A stretch of DNA of 64,000 nucleotides, taken from the NCBI RefSeq assembly GCF_037042905.1, contig NC_087252.1, positions 2,916,001 to 2,980,000 of the forward strand, written 5' to 3'. The stretch comes from Lytechinus pictus. Lineage: Eukaryota. Within the stretch, counting starts at the first letter, position 1; each line of letters starts with the position of its first letter. Position numbers and translations under genes: made by a program. Shown one piece after another: positions 1 to 13,231 of the stretch. The notes under the pieces are model-generated. The model had not been told where the DNA came from. It was given only the letters and a program-made list of their open reading frames with translations, and made no database searches.

Positions 1-422
1 CTTGATGAATGAAAGTTGATACCAATACACAAATAATATTATCGGTTGGTTTATTTCCTTGGTCCCGGCTTACAAAGAGTTGCGATTGATCTGATCAACC
101 ACAACTACGGAAAGCCAACAACGTCAGCATGGTCAACATCTCTTATGCATGTTTATTCAAACTATTATCTAACTACGATTTATATTCATACAGTCGTTGT
201 TTTTCATGAAAATTTCAGTGAGCTCCTTTTTGTTTACCGAGGACATTGTTCATATTTCTTGTAGAAAAGATGACAATTATCGATTTCCATAGAATTGAGG
301 TTGATCGGATCAATCGTAACTCTTTGTAAGACGGGACGATGTAATCATAGAGTTATTTATTGAAAGGGTGCATATACTACTATGAAAGTTACAATCACAT
401 CTACACAACCAACTCCACACCG

Positions 423-814
423 CAGGGCCTTGGGAACGATTTTTGTTAGTGGGGATGCTGATGTAAATTTGAAAAGGTCCCTCTCCCCCGAAAAAATAGT
501 TTTCACCTACAAAATGGAGGTCAAACTGATCCCCGGTAATTTGAAAAGCAAAAAAATAGTAAAGATAAGAAATAATAATAATAAATAAAAATAAATAAAT
601 AAAAAAGGGAGGGGTTTATCTACAAAATGAAGATCACATTGGTCCTCAGTAATTTGAAAATAAAAGGTTTCACTAATTTGGTTACATTTTTTCCATTTTA
701 CATATCTTCCAGAATACCTGGGATGCTGCCCTTGGAGAATAATACTCGCAGCACCCCCAAGGTAATTTTGGGGGGTGCTGACGCACCTCCAGCACCCCGC
801 TTCCCAGGGCCATG
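423..814. mobile_element. hAT-like MITE
   Basis: Terminal inverted repeats cagggccttgggaa / ttcccagggccatg; flanking 8-bp near-duplication ccacaccg (415-422) / ccaaaccg (815-822); non-coding. Confidence 0.7.
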
Positions 815-1230
815 CCAAACCGATAGAAACTTCTACTTTATTTCTAATGGTTTATCATCAATGTAATCGGTTGGTTTGAATTAGAGCCTTAGTGTGACTG
901 TAGCAATGTCTTTCAATGCATAGCTGTTGTTAAATTGAAAGAAAAAAAACCTAAAAAAGTCAAATTTGATTGACTGTTCACATATCTAAGATATAAACAA
1001 TTGCACTCATTCATATCCCTTAAGGTGGTGCTATTCTACCAACCTCTCGGGCTAAGATCTGAACCGCTATTAGTGTCACATGGAGACTCAAACGATAACA
1101 AGTCAACACATATGCCATTTTCCATATAGAACAATCCACTTGCGCTACACTCATACCGTTTTCACATTGAGACACTCAAAGGCGTCGAAAACGTGGGAGC
1201 TGATGTTTTCAAGCCGAGTTACAGAGTAAA

Positions 1231-2196
1231 AACAAGTGGAATGCCTCTGGCCGTCTCACCTGCATCACGCGATTCAATAAAGCAGCAGTGCTGATTTTGA
1301 AAACTACTATAACTCGCACAAGATGTTCAGTGATACTTGGTTACTCTTATTTCCACGTTTTATGAACTAGACCAATACACTTATAGAGATATGATGGCAA
1401 TTCAACAAATACCCCCAACGTGGCCAAAGTTCTTTGACCTTACATGACCTTGATCATGTGACCTGAAACTCGCACAGGATGTTCAGTGATACTTGATTAC
1501 TCTTATGTCCAAGTTTTATGAACTAGACCAACACACTTTCAAATTTATGGCTGTAATTCAACAAATACCCCAATTTGGCCAAAGTTCATTGACCATAAAT
1601 GACCTTTGACCTTGATCATGTGACCTGAAACTTGCACAGGATGTTCAGTAATACTTGATTACTATTATGTCCAAGTTTCATGAATCAGATCCATAAACTT
1701 TCAAAGTTATGATGGTTATTCAACAGATACCCCCAATTCGGCCAAAGTTCATTGACCCTAAATGACCTTTGACCTTGGTCATGTGACGTGAAACTCATGC
1801 AGGATGTTCAGTGATACTTGATTAACCTTATGTATAAGTTTCATGAACTAGGTCCATATATTTTCTAAGTTATGATGACATTTCAAAAACTTAACCTTAG
1901 GTTAAGATTTTGATGTTGATTCCCCCAACATGGTCTAAGTTCATTGACCCTAAATGACCTTTGACCTTGGTCATGTGACATGAAACTCAGGCAGGATGTT
2001 CAGTAATACTTGATTAACCTTATGGCCAAGTTTCATGAACTAGGTCCATATACTTTCTAAGTTATGCTGTCATTTCAAAAACTTAACCTCAGGTTAAGAT
2101 TTGGTGTTGACACCGCCGCCGCCGTCGCCGTCGCCGCCGCCGCCGCCGTCGGAAAAGCGGCGCCTATAGTCTCACTCTGCTATGCAGGTGAGACAA
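1231..2196 (+). mobile_element. HINE/DINE-1-like (Helentron-associated) non-autonomous element with an internal tandem array
   Basis: Subterminal IR gtctcacctgcat (1253-1265) / atgcaggtgagac (2182-2194); 3' hairpin gtctcac..gtgagac (2169-2194); (CCG)n near 2112-2150; five ~156-192 bp core repeats (gatgttcag at 1322, 1478, 1640, 1803, 1995). Confidence 0.7.
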
Positions 2197-2406
2197 CAAC
2201 AGAAGAAGGAAAGAAAAAGGTTACAAAGTGAGAACAGTTAGCAAACTAAATTGATTGCTGTGTACGAAATAAATATGTATATGTACGTTTTTTGTTAACA
2301 CAAACAGAAAACAAATTAGAAGTCAGAAATTTGCTTTCAAAATTTGCATTTTCAACGTGACAATCAGGAATTCTTGAAGCACCACACTAAAGATGGTCTT
2401 TTAATA

Positions 2407-5038
2407 TCATTCATTGGGTATCAAATGATTCGTCTTCAGATTAACGGTCAACTTTACGATCAATTCATCAAATAAATATTCCCGTCCTCTAGCATCTTCA
2501 GGCCAATGTACGTATATACGGCCTGCCATCACTAAGGCACAACCTTACTAAGAATGGTAGTTCTTCTCCAGGGTTGTCTTCCAGGAATAACAAAAGGACA
2601 AACTCAGTCTGGGTATCCGTCACGTGGTCAATAGCCGTTCTGAACTTGAGCATGAACCAACGATCATTGATAGCTGCCCTACTGAGCACTACGACCGTCT
2701 TGTAACTCCTGGTAACCGCATAGTCAATCGCCTCTAAGTAATACATACCTGCGACAAGATCGGCATCACCGTATACCTCCCTCTGGAAATGCGGAAGCCG
2801 TTCTTCTATGACCACTCGAAGATGTTCCCGGACCCATGCTTCGTCATCTTCATGCAAAATAACATTCAAGTCGTACTCGTAATCGTCATGGTCCCGAGGG
2901 TCTCGAACCTCCATATAACCTAATGCGGCCAGTTTTAGAAGAAAGAGCCAGCGTCGTAACTGCCATCGAAAATGATAAACTAAAATAATGGTTGCTATCA
3001 AGGAAATGACAGCAATTGAAGGCAAACAGACGATGTAGACATTGAAACCACACAGTTCAGTGGGGTTGAAGTCTAGGAAAGGCTTGTCTCTGAGTGGCTC
3101 TAACGATGCTATACCACAAATCGTTTTATCCTTTTGAAGAAGTTTTACTGTAGGCGTACTAATAACCCAACGGACAAGCCAACTTAACTCACAATCACAT
3201 GCGATTTGGCTCTGCGATATATCAATTCCCAAAAGCGAAGATATGATAGGGTCAAATGTACTTTGATTCAGAAATGTTAATTGATTTCCTGACAGGATGA
3301 GGCGAGCTAAATTTGGATTATTGGAAAACACATCACCGTCAAGATATACCAAACTATTGCCAGATAGATCCACGGTTTCTAATTTTCATAAGACCTTCAG
3401 TGAATCATGAGGGAGTTTCGTAATATCGTTCTCACTTAAGTCTAGATATTTGAGATATTCTAACCCTGTGAAGGCTTTAGAATGGATACTTGAGATACTA
3501 GAGCTTCGAATAGTTAAATTCTGCAGACGTGGGAGGGATCGAAATAAATCATGTTTTAACTGAGCGCCTGTCATTTCATTTCCTTCCAATTTTAAAAAAG
3601 TGAGGTTAAGCAAGCCATCAAATAAAGACACATTTAATGTGGGATTCCATAAATTAGGCCAGTAATATGTATTAGATATTTGCAAATTCAGAAGCAACCT
3701 TGATTGGTTAAAGGACGATCCTGGTATAAGCCTCAAAGATGGATTTCCGTACAAAACCAGACTACGGAGGTAAGGCGTTACCAACTTCAAGTCTGTTATA
3801 TGTGTACCTGAAAGCCATAAAGTGTTAAGTCTCTTCATTTCCAAGAAAGATGTTGGTTCCAAGGAAACGAGTTCATTTGCATCCACATGTAAATACCTCA
3901 AATTTGTTAATCCCTGGAATGTTGACGGTTGAATTTCGGTTAAAGAATTGTAACTTAAGTCTAAATATTCAATCAGGTCATTTTCCCAAACATCCCCATT
4001 TAAGTTTATCGTTTTTATTTCATTATAGCACAAGTGCAAATATATTAATTTGCCCATTCCGTGAAAAATGCTTGGTTCAATCTTTTTAATCCTATTCCCT
4101 GTGAAATCAAGATCAGCGACATTTGTTAAACTCGAAAAGATATCAGAATATAGTTCGATCGAATTACCCTTTAAACTAAGACTAGATATGGTGGAATTGC
4201 GCAGGAAATCGAATAAACCACTTGGAATAGAAAGGTTGTGAAAATTGCTGACAAAGAGTTTTTTTACATTCGAAAGGGAGACACCGAGAAATATATCTTT
4301 AAGCGTTTTCGATTCTCCTATTTTCAATGATCGAACTTGAAGCGATGCAATTACATCAGGATCGACCGAAACGATAGGGTTGTCGGAGAGATCCAAACTG
4401 TCTAGTTTGCAAGTAAGACGGAACGTATCGTCGTTGAGATGATAAATTTTGTTACCCGACAAATCAAAGACATCAATTTTACCACACAAGCTTATATTGA
4501 TAAAACTCAACTCATTGTCGCCGACACTCACAAGTTTCACTCTTGGACTCCACCTAATAATGTCATCTGGAAGTGATTTTAAGCCTGAACAGGACATATC
4601 AATGTAACTTAGTTCTGTAGCCCATCTTAGTAGACCTTCATGTGGAAGTAGTAGACCTTTGTTATAGGATATGTTAAGTTCAGACAATAATTTGAGGGGA
4701 TGGAAAGTGGAAGAGTACACGTTGCTTATGGCGTTGTTGGATAGGTCTAGTTTGGTTATATGAATGTATCTTTCAAAGGAAGAACTGAAGAGCTCAGTGA
4801 TACTATTACGAGAAAGCAACATGATTTCAACTCCATCCGGGAGATCTTGTGGGACGTTGGTTAAACCAAGTTCTTCGCAATTCGCAGTCTTTGTAGGAAC
4901 ATCAAAAACACATGTGGAAGAGGAACCCTCCTTGTCCTTGTAGGGCAATGCATTGCCATTCACATAAGTTGCTTGTTGAAATAGCATGACTATCAATAGG
5001 TTAATGGTGACGAGAAGCACTGGGCGGTCTAAAGCCAT
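2407..5038 (-). pseudogene. Toll-like receptor pseudogene (LRR ectodomain-LRRCT-TM-TIR), paralogue of 13582-16233
   Basis: ORFs 3386-5074 and 2498-3373 are in the same frame, separated by TGA at 3386-3388 where the paralogue has TGG. A 4-bp TATA insertion near 2513-2518 shifts the frame at the TIR end. The homologous stop is at 2407-2409. ATG at 5038 follows a ttttacag acceptor (5051-5052). Confidence 0.9.
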
Positions 5039-5399
5039 GATGAAAATCGTCTGTAAAATAAAGGAATAGAGCAATGTAACTTTAAGACCGTCATTTTAGC
5101 AGCATGCATGAGATTGGTGCTCGGCGCCATGGGCACTTTGATTTGAGATTGGTCATAAAATAATCAGGATAATTGTACGATATGTATGACCCGTTGGATG
5201 TGCAGTTCAATATTTGAAGTAGCAAGAATGGGAATTTTTAATCAATAAGTCACTTATTAACTCAATTATTTATTACTTTATTCTTTCTTTATTTTTTATA
5301 AAAAGGATGGCCACTTCAATAATCATAAATGCAGAATACTTGCCAGGGAACCTTTATACAATATGTATTGTTACTGGTATCATCAATCATCACTGTAAT

Positions 5400-5520
5400 T
5401 ATACAAATACTACTGCTACTCCATTTACTACAATTACTGCTACTAAAACTACCACTGCTACTACTACTTTTACTTCTACAGCTACCACAACAACGGCAAC
5501 TAACAACACCAACTACAATA

Positions 5521-5598
<78 letters not shown>

Positions 5599-5599
5599 G

Positions 5600-5646
<47 letters not shown>

Positions 5647-5674
5647 ACTACTACCACTACTACTGCTGCTGCTA

Positions 5675-5712
<38 letters not shown>

Positions 5713-5732
5713 ACTACTACTCCTGCTACTAC
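5400..5732. repeat. Compound (CTA)n/(CTG)n trinucleotide microsatellite
   Basis: Direct reading of cta and ctg runs. Confidence 0.95.
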
Positions 5733-7602
5733 TTTATCGGTATATCGTCGAAAAACAGTCATGTCTTTGAAATGAGAAAAAACAACAACAAAGAACAAAC
5801 AAAGAGGGAAAGACATTCAAACTTTTTTACCCGAAATGCTTATAATGTAGGTGAAGATTAGTCAACTCGGATGAAGATAACCTCACAGCAAGCAATAAAT
5901 AAGCGTTGCATATTAATTTTACTCAGTAGACTGACTAGAAACCGATCAGAATTGTACTTTCGTACTAGCGATTAATCGCTTACTTTTGTGCTACGGAGTC
6001 ACGAAGCTTTCACATTCAGTGGAATCAAAAATGGGGGGAAAAATACGCGGAAATATAAAAAGGTAGGAAATTTAATGTGCCGTAGTTTGGATTTCATAAG
6101 GATCGATCTCTCTGGGAAATAGCATGATAAATATGACAAAAACAAAAATATAACAAAACAAAACAAAACAATGAGCTTACGCTGAACTACTAACTTGAAA
6201 ATTCGAGCAAACTTGAGAAATTGATTGGACACGTTGTGCAAGGGTATTATGATCTTATTACCTTCATAATTCAGGATAGAACGTAAAAAGTTAAGTCTTT
6301 TCTCATGACCATTGTATTGACCTATATGGCAAATGCATACATACGTTATACCCATATTTGATATTTTGGAGAAAATTTGTGATTATTAATGTATTTTATT
6401 AAATACAAATTCGATCTCAAGAATTGAAGAAAAACTATGGGGCACGCTTATTTGCACAGTATTTTTCCCCTTAGAAATATAGGCCTACTACATCGGAGGT
6501 ATTTTACAAAGTGCATACACAGCTTAAAACAAAAACTTGTATGGGATGTCAAAATACGATTAAGTGAATCAAAGATTAAACATGACTTTGTGTCAAATTA
6601 CCATGTCGAATAGCGCGCATGCGTGTACGTATGCCAATCAGGGAAAAATGTGAAATATTTGAAAAAAAAACATTCGAGTGATGTCCTTCCTCTTTTGCTT
6701 GCATGTCCAAACAAAAAATATAAACGATAAAGTGACAAATGCTGTTACATTTACAATCGTTTTGTCATAAAAAATTGACTTGAAAGAGGAAGTGAGATGA
6801 ATTTATTTCTTTTTAATTATATTAGTTTACATTTGCTTGTCGGTAAACTTTTGAAGAAAAGAGAGGGTTTTTTATCTCCTTGGTCGAAAGAAACACAAAT
6901 AAATTCTAATAATGATAATTATAAGAAAGATTCCAAATGTACACAGCATTTGATAGGATTTCAGTTCAGAATGTTGCTTTCTTTTATTTTGGCGTTAAGT
7001 CATTTTTTACAAAAGTAGTTAATGTTCAGCCAAGCATGATTAAATGATTTGTTTTTATTGTGTCAAAACGCTCTAGAAAGTCTATAAACACAAACACACA
7101 CACACACATCACTCAGACACACCCGAACACAGATTCATGTATGCTCTCGTTATTCGGTCTGTCAACATTAACTTAGTAATAGAACATATGAAGAACTGGA
7201 TTCCAAATGAGGCAAAATCCACTATTGACAAAAACTTTTTTTCCATATAGATATATGCATCCTAGACGTGGGAATCAAATGCACCATACTGTATTTGAAA
7301 ATAAGTTTGGGACCATTAGCCAAAATTGATTGCAGTTTTATTCCAAAAAGGAGCCATATCCACTATAATTTGATAAATTAAAATTGGTCAATTACTTGAC
7401 CACATTACCTTATAGTTTATATGCATTTTGATGTCTAAGTACATGTTATGGATATATATTCACAACCACTATTTCTATGAATATTTAGCTGCTTTTGAAA
7501 TGAGACGCCGACAAATCAGCGTCCTTACAATATATATATATATATATATATATAGGCGAAAAAATGACAAGACGATTTGACGTTGCTGTAGACCACAATT
7601 TA

Positions 7603-7641
7603 ATCCGAGCTTTCGGCCTTAATAGGCCTTATTCATGGGTT
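7603..7641 (-). ncRNA. Minimal hammerhead-ribozyme-like motif with a variant core
   Basis: Minus strand ACCC-ATGAATAA-GGCCT ATTA AGGCC-GAAA-GCTC-GGAT: stem II hairpin, GAAA box and short palindromic stem III; box 1 deviates from CUGAUGA. Confidence 0.35.
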
Positions 7642-8030
7642 CTATTTTAACAAAAACGAACGAAACATATCAATAGTATAGAGGGAGGAACAGGTGGAAA
7701 TATGGGCATATACATGTACATATATAATAACTGATAATAACATATAACATTGACGTCGTACGTATACAATATATGCACATACATATATACATATACAAAT
7801 ACATACATGCACATACGTATATATATCTATATACATAAATACACTTATACATATATATACATACATATGTACATATACACAAACATACACATGTGATGTA
7901 TGTGATATATATATATATGTATATATATATATTGTTAAAGAAATGGATGAAGAGAACAAAAGTAGGCGTAGTTTAAATCAAGGCTCCCCAGAGCTATCTG
8001 CCCTTTGGAAAAATTGGTGATGCCGAAAAT

Positions 8031-8102
8031 TGTCTCTGCTGGGAATCGAAACCGGGCCCTCAGCTTTAAACGCCAGTGCCTTAACCACTAGACCACAGAG
8101 AC
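8031..8102 (-). mobile_element. tRNA-derived head (SINE-like or tRNA pseudogene)
   Basis: Minus strand GTCTCTG..TGGTCTAGTGG (A box)..GGTTTCGATTCC (B box)..CAGAGACA; perfect 7-bp acceptor stem but mismatched anticodon and T stems. Confidence 0.65.
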
Positions 8103-8566
8103 GGGTTAGTGGCTTGGATGACCCCGATCCGATTGACCGACATAACGGATGTATCAATCAAGTCTTGTTGCAGTTGTTCGTTTAATGCATGCTCGCAAAA
8201 GGTGAGTCGGGTGAAAAGATAAGACGATCGCTACATTTTCTAAAGTTAGTAACGTTAGAGTCTTGACAAACGACAACGTTAGGTAATGTTTTCGTGAGAT
8301 TTAACGTTAGCTTAGCCTTAACGTTAGGAGCTAAGAGTAGACTCAAGATCTACGTTAGTTCTAACTAGACCTAGCCCTAATGTTCCGTTTAATCTTAGAT
8401 CTGACGTAGATTCTTGCCGAGATCTAACGTTAGATCTAGACTCTAATGTAGATTTTAGACTGTTAACGTTACTTAGAGTAGTTCAGACCACAATTTGGTT
8501 TCTAAAATATTCTAGGCCTAGTAGGCCCTAATTGGTACTGCATTGATATTCGAATTAGAGACTTAA

Positions 8567-9161
8567 AGGAGAATCCAGCCTTGGCCATAAAATGTTGTGT
8601 TGGGAAGGAGAAAAATAAATCAAACAGAATGGCGAAAGTTTGAAAGAAATCGGACAAGCAATAAGAAAGTTATAGCTGCTTTAAACTTGAGATCACTAAT
8701 ACTATGTAGATTTCAAATTGACAACTGGGTAAGTAAATTATGACAAGGGGCAAGGACAACTTTCCCATAGGCCATGTACTTTATTATCAGGGATTTGTGG
8801 TTTTCTCCTAAGTACCCATTCCCCTGGGGCAGTAATCTAAATATAATCCAGGTAGTATATTGTTTGATGTCCTCATGAAAGAAAAATATAATTTGAAATA
8901 AAACTTTTGGGAAAAATGACATTTTAGCCATAATATGTATTGGAGTACATGGAAGAGTAGTCCTTGCCTTACATCACTATGACATCCCATATGCGGCCAA
9001 TTTAAAGTCTCCATGGGTATAGTGATTACCAATATTTACAACTTTTAAAAATTCATAACTTTCTTGTTGTTTTTCCAATATTGTTCAAACTTTCACCTTT
9101 CAACTTGTCTGATTTTTCTTTTTCTTATAAAAACAAGTTTTTATTTGGGTTGGATTCCCCT
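8567..9161. mobile_element. Kolobok-like MITE (TTAA target)
   Basis: TTAA|aggagaatccagcc ... ggttggattcccct|TTAA. Confidence 0.7.
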
Positions 9162-9599
9162 TTAACGTCAGGGGCAGGGTTCTAACGTTAGCCTGGGGGG
9201 GGGGGGGGTATAGGGCTATTAGGCCTAACTTGTTTAAGATCTAGACTAGGCTTTAGATCTAATTTTATTTCGGTTCATAAAATATGTATGGACTGCATGC
9301 TTTTATCTTCGAGACACAGTTTCTTTCTGCTCACGGGTACCGCATTGGCCAGACCATGCCCTCGGGCAAAGCCCTCGGGCATAGTCGCTTTGCAGTCCCC
9401 TTGAGCCTTTATAAGCAACCATGCCTCTCAAAGCAGTCCATAGATCTATACTATAATTTAAATGTATTTTAAATAGCAAGGCCCATTGTAAACCAGTTTT
9501 TTCATTGTCAAATGCTGAATTGGTTTGAAATAATTGCCTGGAAATAACTGATGTGAAACAAATAAATTAATAAATAATTAGAACCAATAAAGAACATAC

Positions 9600-9810
9600 A
9601 CAGTAAAAACGCTGTTTAATATTTTTATACAACGCTGTTTATTATATGAACCTTACAGTATTTGTTTAACCACTTATACAATCATGTTTAATATATTGAA
9701 GATTAGATATTGAAAATTAAACTTTGTTGCATAAGATTTAAACACTTGTTTAAACCGTTTAAACAATTACTGTAAGGTTCATATAGTAAACAGCGTTGTA
9801 TAATTTTTTT
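9600..9810. mobile_element. Palindromic MITE fragment (cacagtaaaaa terminus)
   Basis: tatacaacgctgtttattatatgaaccttacagta is inverted against tactgtaaggttcatatagtaaacagcgttgtata; related decayed sequence near 12700-13340. Confidence 0.55.
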
Positions 9811-11015
9811 GTGAACCCTTGCCCAACATGCCCAATCATATCTAAAGTCTGTTATAAGTTTCATATTCCAGAGAGATAGGCCCTTCTACATGTATAATGC
9901 AAATTGCGGTATTATAAAATCAACTACCCTATTATATTTCCGCTTGATATCTTTCTATTCTCGGTAGCACTGAATGTGAAAGCCCTCTCAAATTTATCTT
10001 GTCGATGATGACATGCTGATGCCAAGTTGATGATAATTATGCACGATTCGGTGAGACGAAAATCAGTTGTGACAATGACCAAGCTAGCTCTTATTCTCGG
10101 ATGACCCACTGGCTTCCAGTTTGTCCACCAAAGTTGACTGATATTCACCTATATTCAATTCGGGTAAGATATATTTGATTTTTCCCTCTTTGCCCCCCCC
10201 CCAGTTTTCAATATCTGGAACATTTTTTTTCAAGTAATAATATCGATGCTCGTAAGTTTTTGCAGATAAGTGAAGTTTATCAAGACAACGGTCTGTATAA
10301 ACCAGACAGAAGGGACACAGTTAATTTGCAAACCTTACCTCATTGTATTGCATATTGGTCATTCCCATACACGCACGCACACACAAACATTATATATGTA
10401 TATATATATATATATATATATGGTCATTTGGCCTTATTTTGCTTTTCTGAATAACATTCACCGTGTGTAATATTTTGACTTTATTCCAATTACCAAAAGT
10501 TTCAAGAAGTTTATCAAAAATATTCATGAACTTTACGTTTTCATGGAAACGGGAGTTAATCCGAAACACTTTTCATTCAAAATGGATTGAATACACTTAT
10601 GCTCATTCTTTATCAATCACTTCTACCAAAATCAACATTTCAATTTGGGAAGTTCATTCTACTCTATTTAAGAGTCATCACAACAGGTAACAATAATGGC
10701 ATTTGCATAAATCCTTCAAATTAATATATTTTGTTTCATAATTTTTCTTTTTAGATTATTTTGGATTTTGTCCCTTTTGCATAAAAAATCTTCGGGGTTA
10801 TAGCTGTACACATGGTTTGACGTAAACACAATTATTATATTTTTCTCTTCCCGTACCCTCTCTATTGTCCGCGTAGATGTTGAAATTGTTTACTGCTTTG
10901 TTTAATAGTTACGTGTAGAACCTTTGCCTGATGAAGCAGCAAATTGAAATTACTTTTCATGCCAAATGGACCAAATCCCTAATAATATAATACGATGTAA
11001 TATTCATTATATATT

Positions 11016-11019
<4 letters not shown>

Positions 11020-11061
<42 letters not shown>

Positions 11062-11103
11062 ATATATATATTCATATATATATATATATATATTTATTAT
11101 ATA
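11020..11103. repeat. (TA)n microsatellite
   Basis: Direct reading. Confidence 0.9.
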
Positions 11104-12974
11104 TGTTTTTTTTTTGATGATTCGTACTCATAGTAAAATAATTTCTTGAGTGGAAACATGAATTTGGGTGGAATAAGAAACGCCGATTTTTGATGAATGA
11201 GGAAAAGTGAATCTAGTCTCTTTCGCATGGTAATACTTTATATATATTCCTATAATTTTGTGATTATCTTTGCGAAGTTGAACGAAAATAAAGCTGTATC
11301 GTGAACTGTTGTGATTTGGAATCTATTACTTGTGTGATTTATTTATAATTGAACCAATTTACTATGTTAATCGTTGTTGTTCACGTATTTGCAATTCTGT
11401 CTTTAACTGGAAGAAATGTTTTAAAGTATCAATATAGACCACTATGTTCCCAGAAAAAATATCCTTGAAAAAATATGTTATATACATAACTTTGAAATAT
11501 CATTTCGATAGATCTTTCCAAATGCTTAATTTATCTTTATAAGCACTATAAAAAAGAACGAAACCGAGAGTTATCGATCTTATTTCATAAATTAATCACA
11601 ATTAAAATTTGATAAATGACGTATCTTTGAAACTTAGTTTATATCTTTGAGCGCTCCACATACTCCAGCGTACTATGTCAAACGTGACCTGCCACCCCCA
11701 AGCCAGCGATAAATCGCCAGAGAAGACTCTCTACAAATAACCAAACTAATAATTTTGCCGTCTAACGGAATTAAAAAAAAAAATTAATCTGAAGGAGTAA
11801 TACTTTTTCTTCATATTTTTGAAATTTGAAGTTGTAAAGGAAAAAAAAATATGAGAAACAAAGGAGTTTCTTTACACTAATTTTTACCCGAGTCTTGTTT
11901 TCTCCTTATTGTGTTGAAGCTCTCACTGACTTTTTTCAACAATTAAGCACGTGCTAATAATACATCTAGTTAATGTTAGATAATTTGTTTAAGATACATT
12001 TAATTTTAAAGCTTAGACTATGCTTTTCAAGCTTAAAAGGAAAGCCATTAAAGTCATTTAGAGCAAGCAAGTCAACAATATACTCCCTGTAAACGGGCTG
12101 ATAATTTTACTCTGGTCCCTATTCCCAGTTGGTATTTACTTTCACGTATTCCCAGCTAGGTATTTACTTAAAGTTTAAAGTAAGTTTACGACACTCATCC
12201 TCAGTCAAGCAAAGAAAAATAAAAAAAATTACACAATTATAATGAGTTGAAACATCCAACATACTAGTAAATAAACACAGAATACAAAGAACAAAAATTC
12301 TAAATTGCTAAATTCGTTATTTCTCTGTTTTACGTGGTGAAAATCCAATAATGTCACTCTGAACAAAAACAAAAAAATCAGTACGTTTGCTCAATAATGA
12401 GTGACCTTCATGATATTTTGCTGTTTTTTTAAACAAAAGAGAGCAACATTTAGTTAACATTGGACATGGTGGAAGATCTATTTTATATTTAGAATTATAA
12501 TTTCGGATGCAGTTATATTATTTTCCCTTTATTTATACACACTTGACGATGCGAGTCCAATAAAATAAAGCTGAAACTGAGAATTATGAATAGTTTGTAA
12601 TTACTTGATGACAATTCTTATTGAAAAATTGATGGCACATGCATGTTATCCTTATACCACCCTTTTTCATTTGATGCAACAATTAAGAGTACACAATTAA
12701 CAATGATTTAAACTATGTGAATCAGAACGTAATTAATTGTTTAAACAGTTAAAATAAGTGTTTAAAATCTTAAACAACCATGCTTAAATTACTGATAATA
12801 AATATTTGAATTTAAACTTTGTTTAAGATTTTTAACACTTGTTTAAAATGTTTAAACAACTATTTGCGATTCACATAGTAAATATTTTATGGTATGGTAT
12901 TTATTAGATTTCGTATATCTCAGTATAATAACGAATTGCACGTTCATATATAATACCAATTAAAATTAGTTGTA

Positions 12975-13231
12975 AATATGAATATTTATATAGCATTTAA
13001 TGCGAATGTTCTTAAGCGCTGCATACTATTACCCCGGCTTTACCGCGGCTATCGGACGCTCGATCATTTTAAGGAATTCCTTCCTAACGGGTACCATTTA
13101 CTATACCTGGTTGGAGACTGGCAAATGTAGATAAATGCCTTGTCAAAGGACGCAAGTGCTGCGGTTGGGTTTGAACCCCGGACCTTATGGTTTGAAGTCC
13201 GGAGAGTTATCCACTGAGCCACAACCACCTC
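12975..13231 (-). mobile_element. tRNA-derived SINE, near full length
   Basis: Minus strand A box TGGCTCAGTGG, B box GGTTCAAACC, central gtcctttgacaaggcattt...aaatggtacc, tail gcgcttaagaac..tgctatataaat; a matching tail fragment lies at 56802-56870 (+). Confidence 0.8.

Noticed and set aside
3386..3388. Selenocysteine or programmed readthrough of the in-frame TGA
   Set aside because: It aligns to Trp (TGG), not Cys; a second lesion exists downstream; I saw no SECIS
5307..5861. ORFs with poly-Tyr/Cys, poly-Thr/Ala or poly-Val
   Set aside because: Products of the (CTA)n/(CTG)n microsatellite; no splice or domain support
8031..8102. Ochre suppressor tRNA (TTA at the anticodon position)
   Set aside because: Anticodon and T stems are mispaired and the loop is atypical; better explained as a SINE-type head
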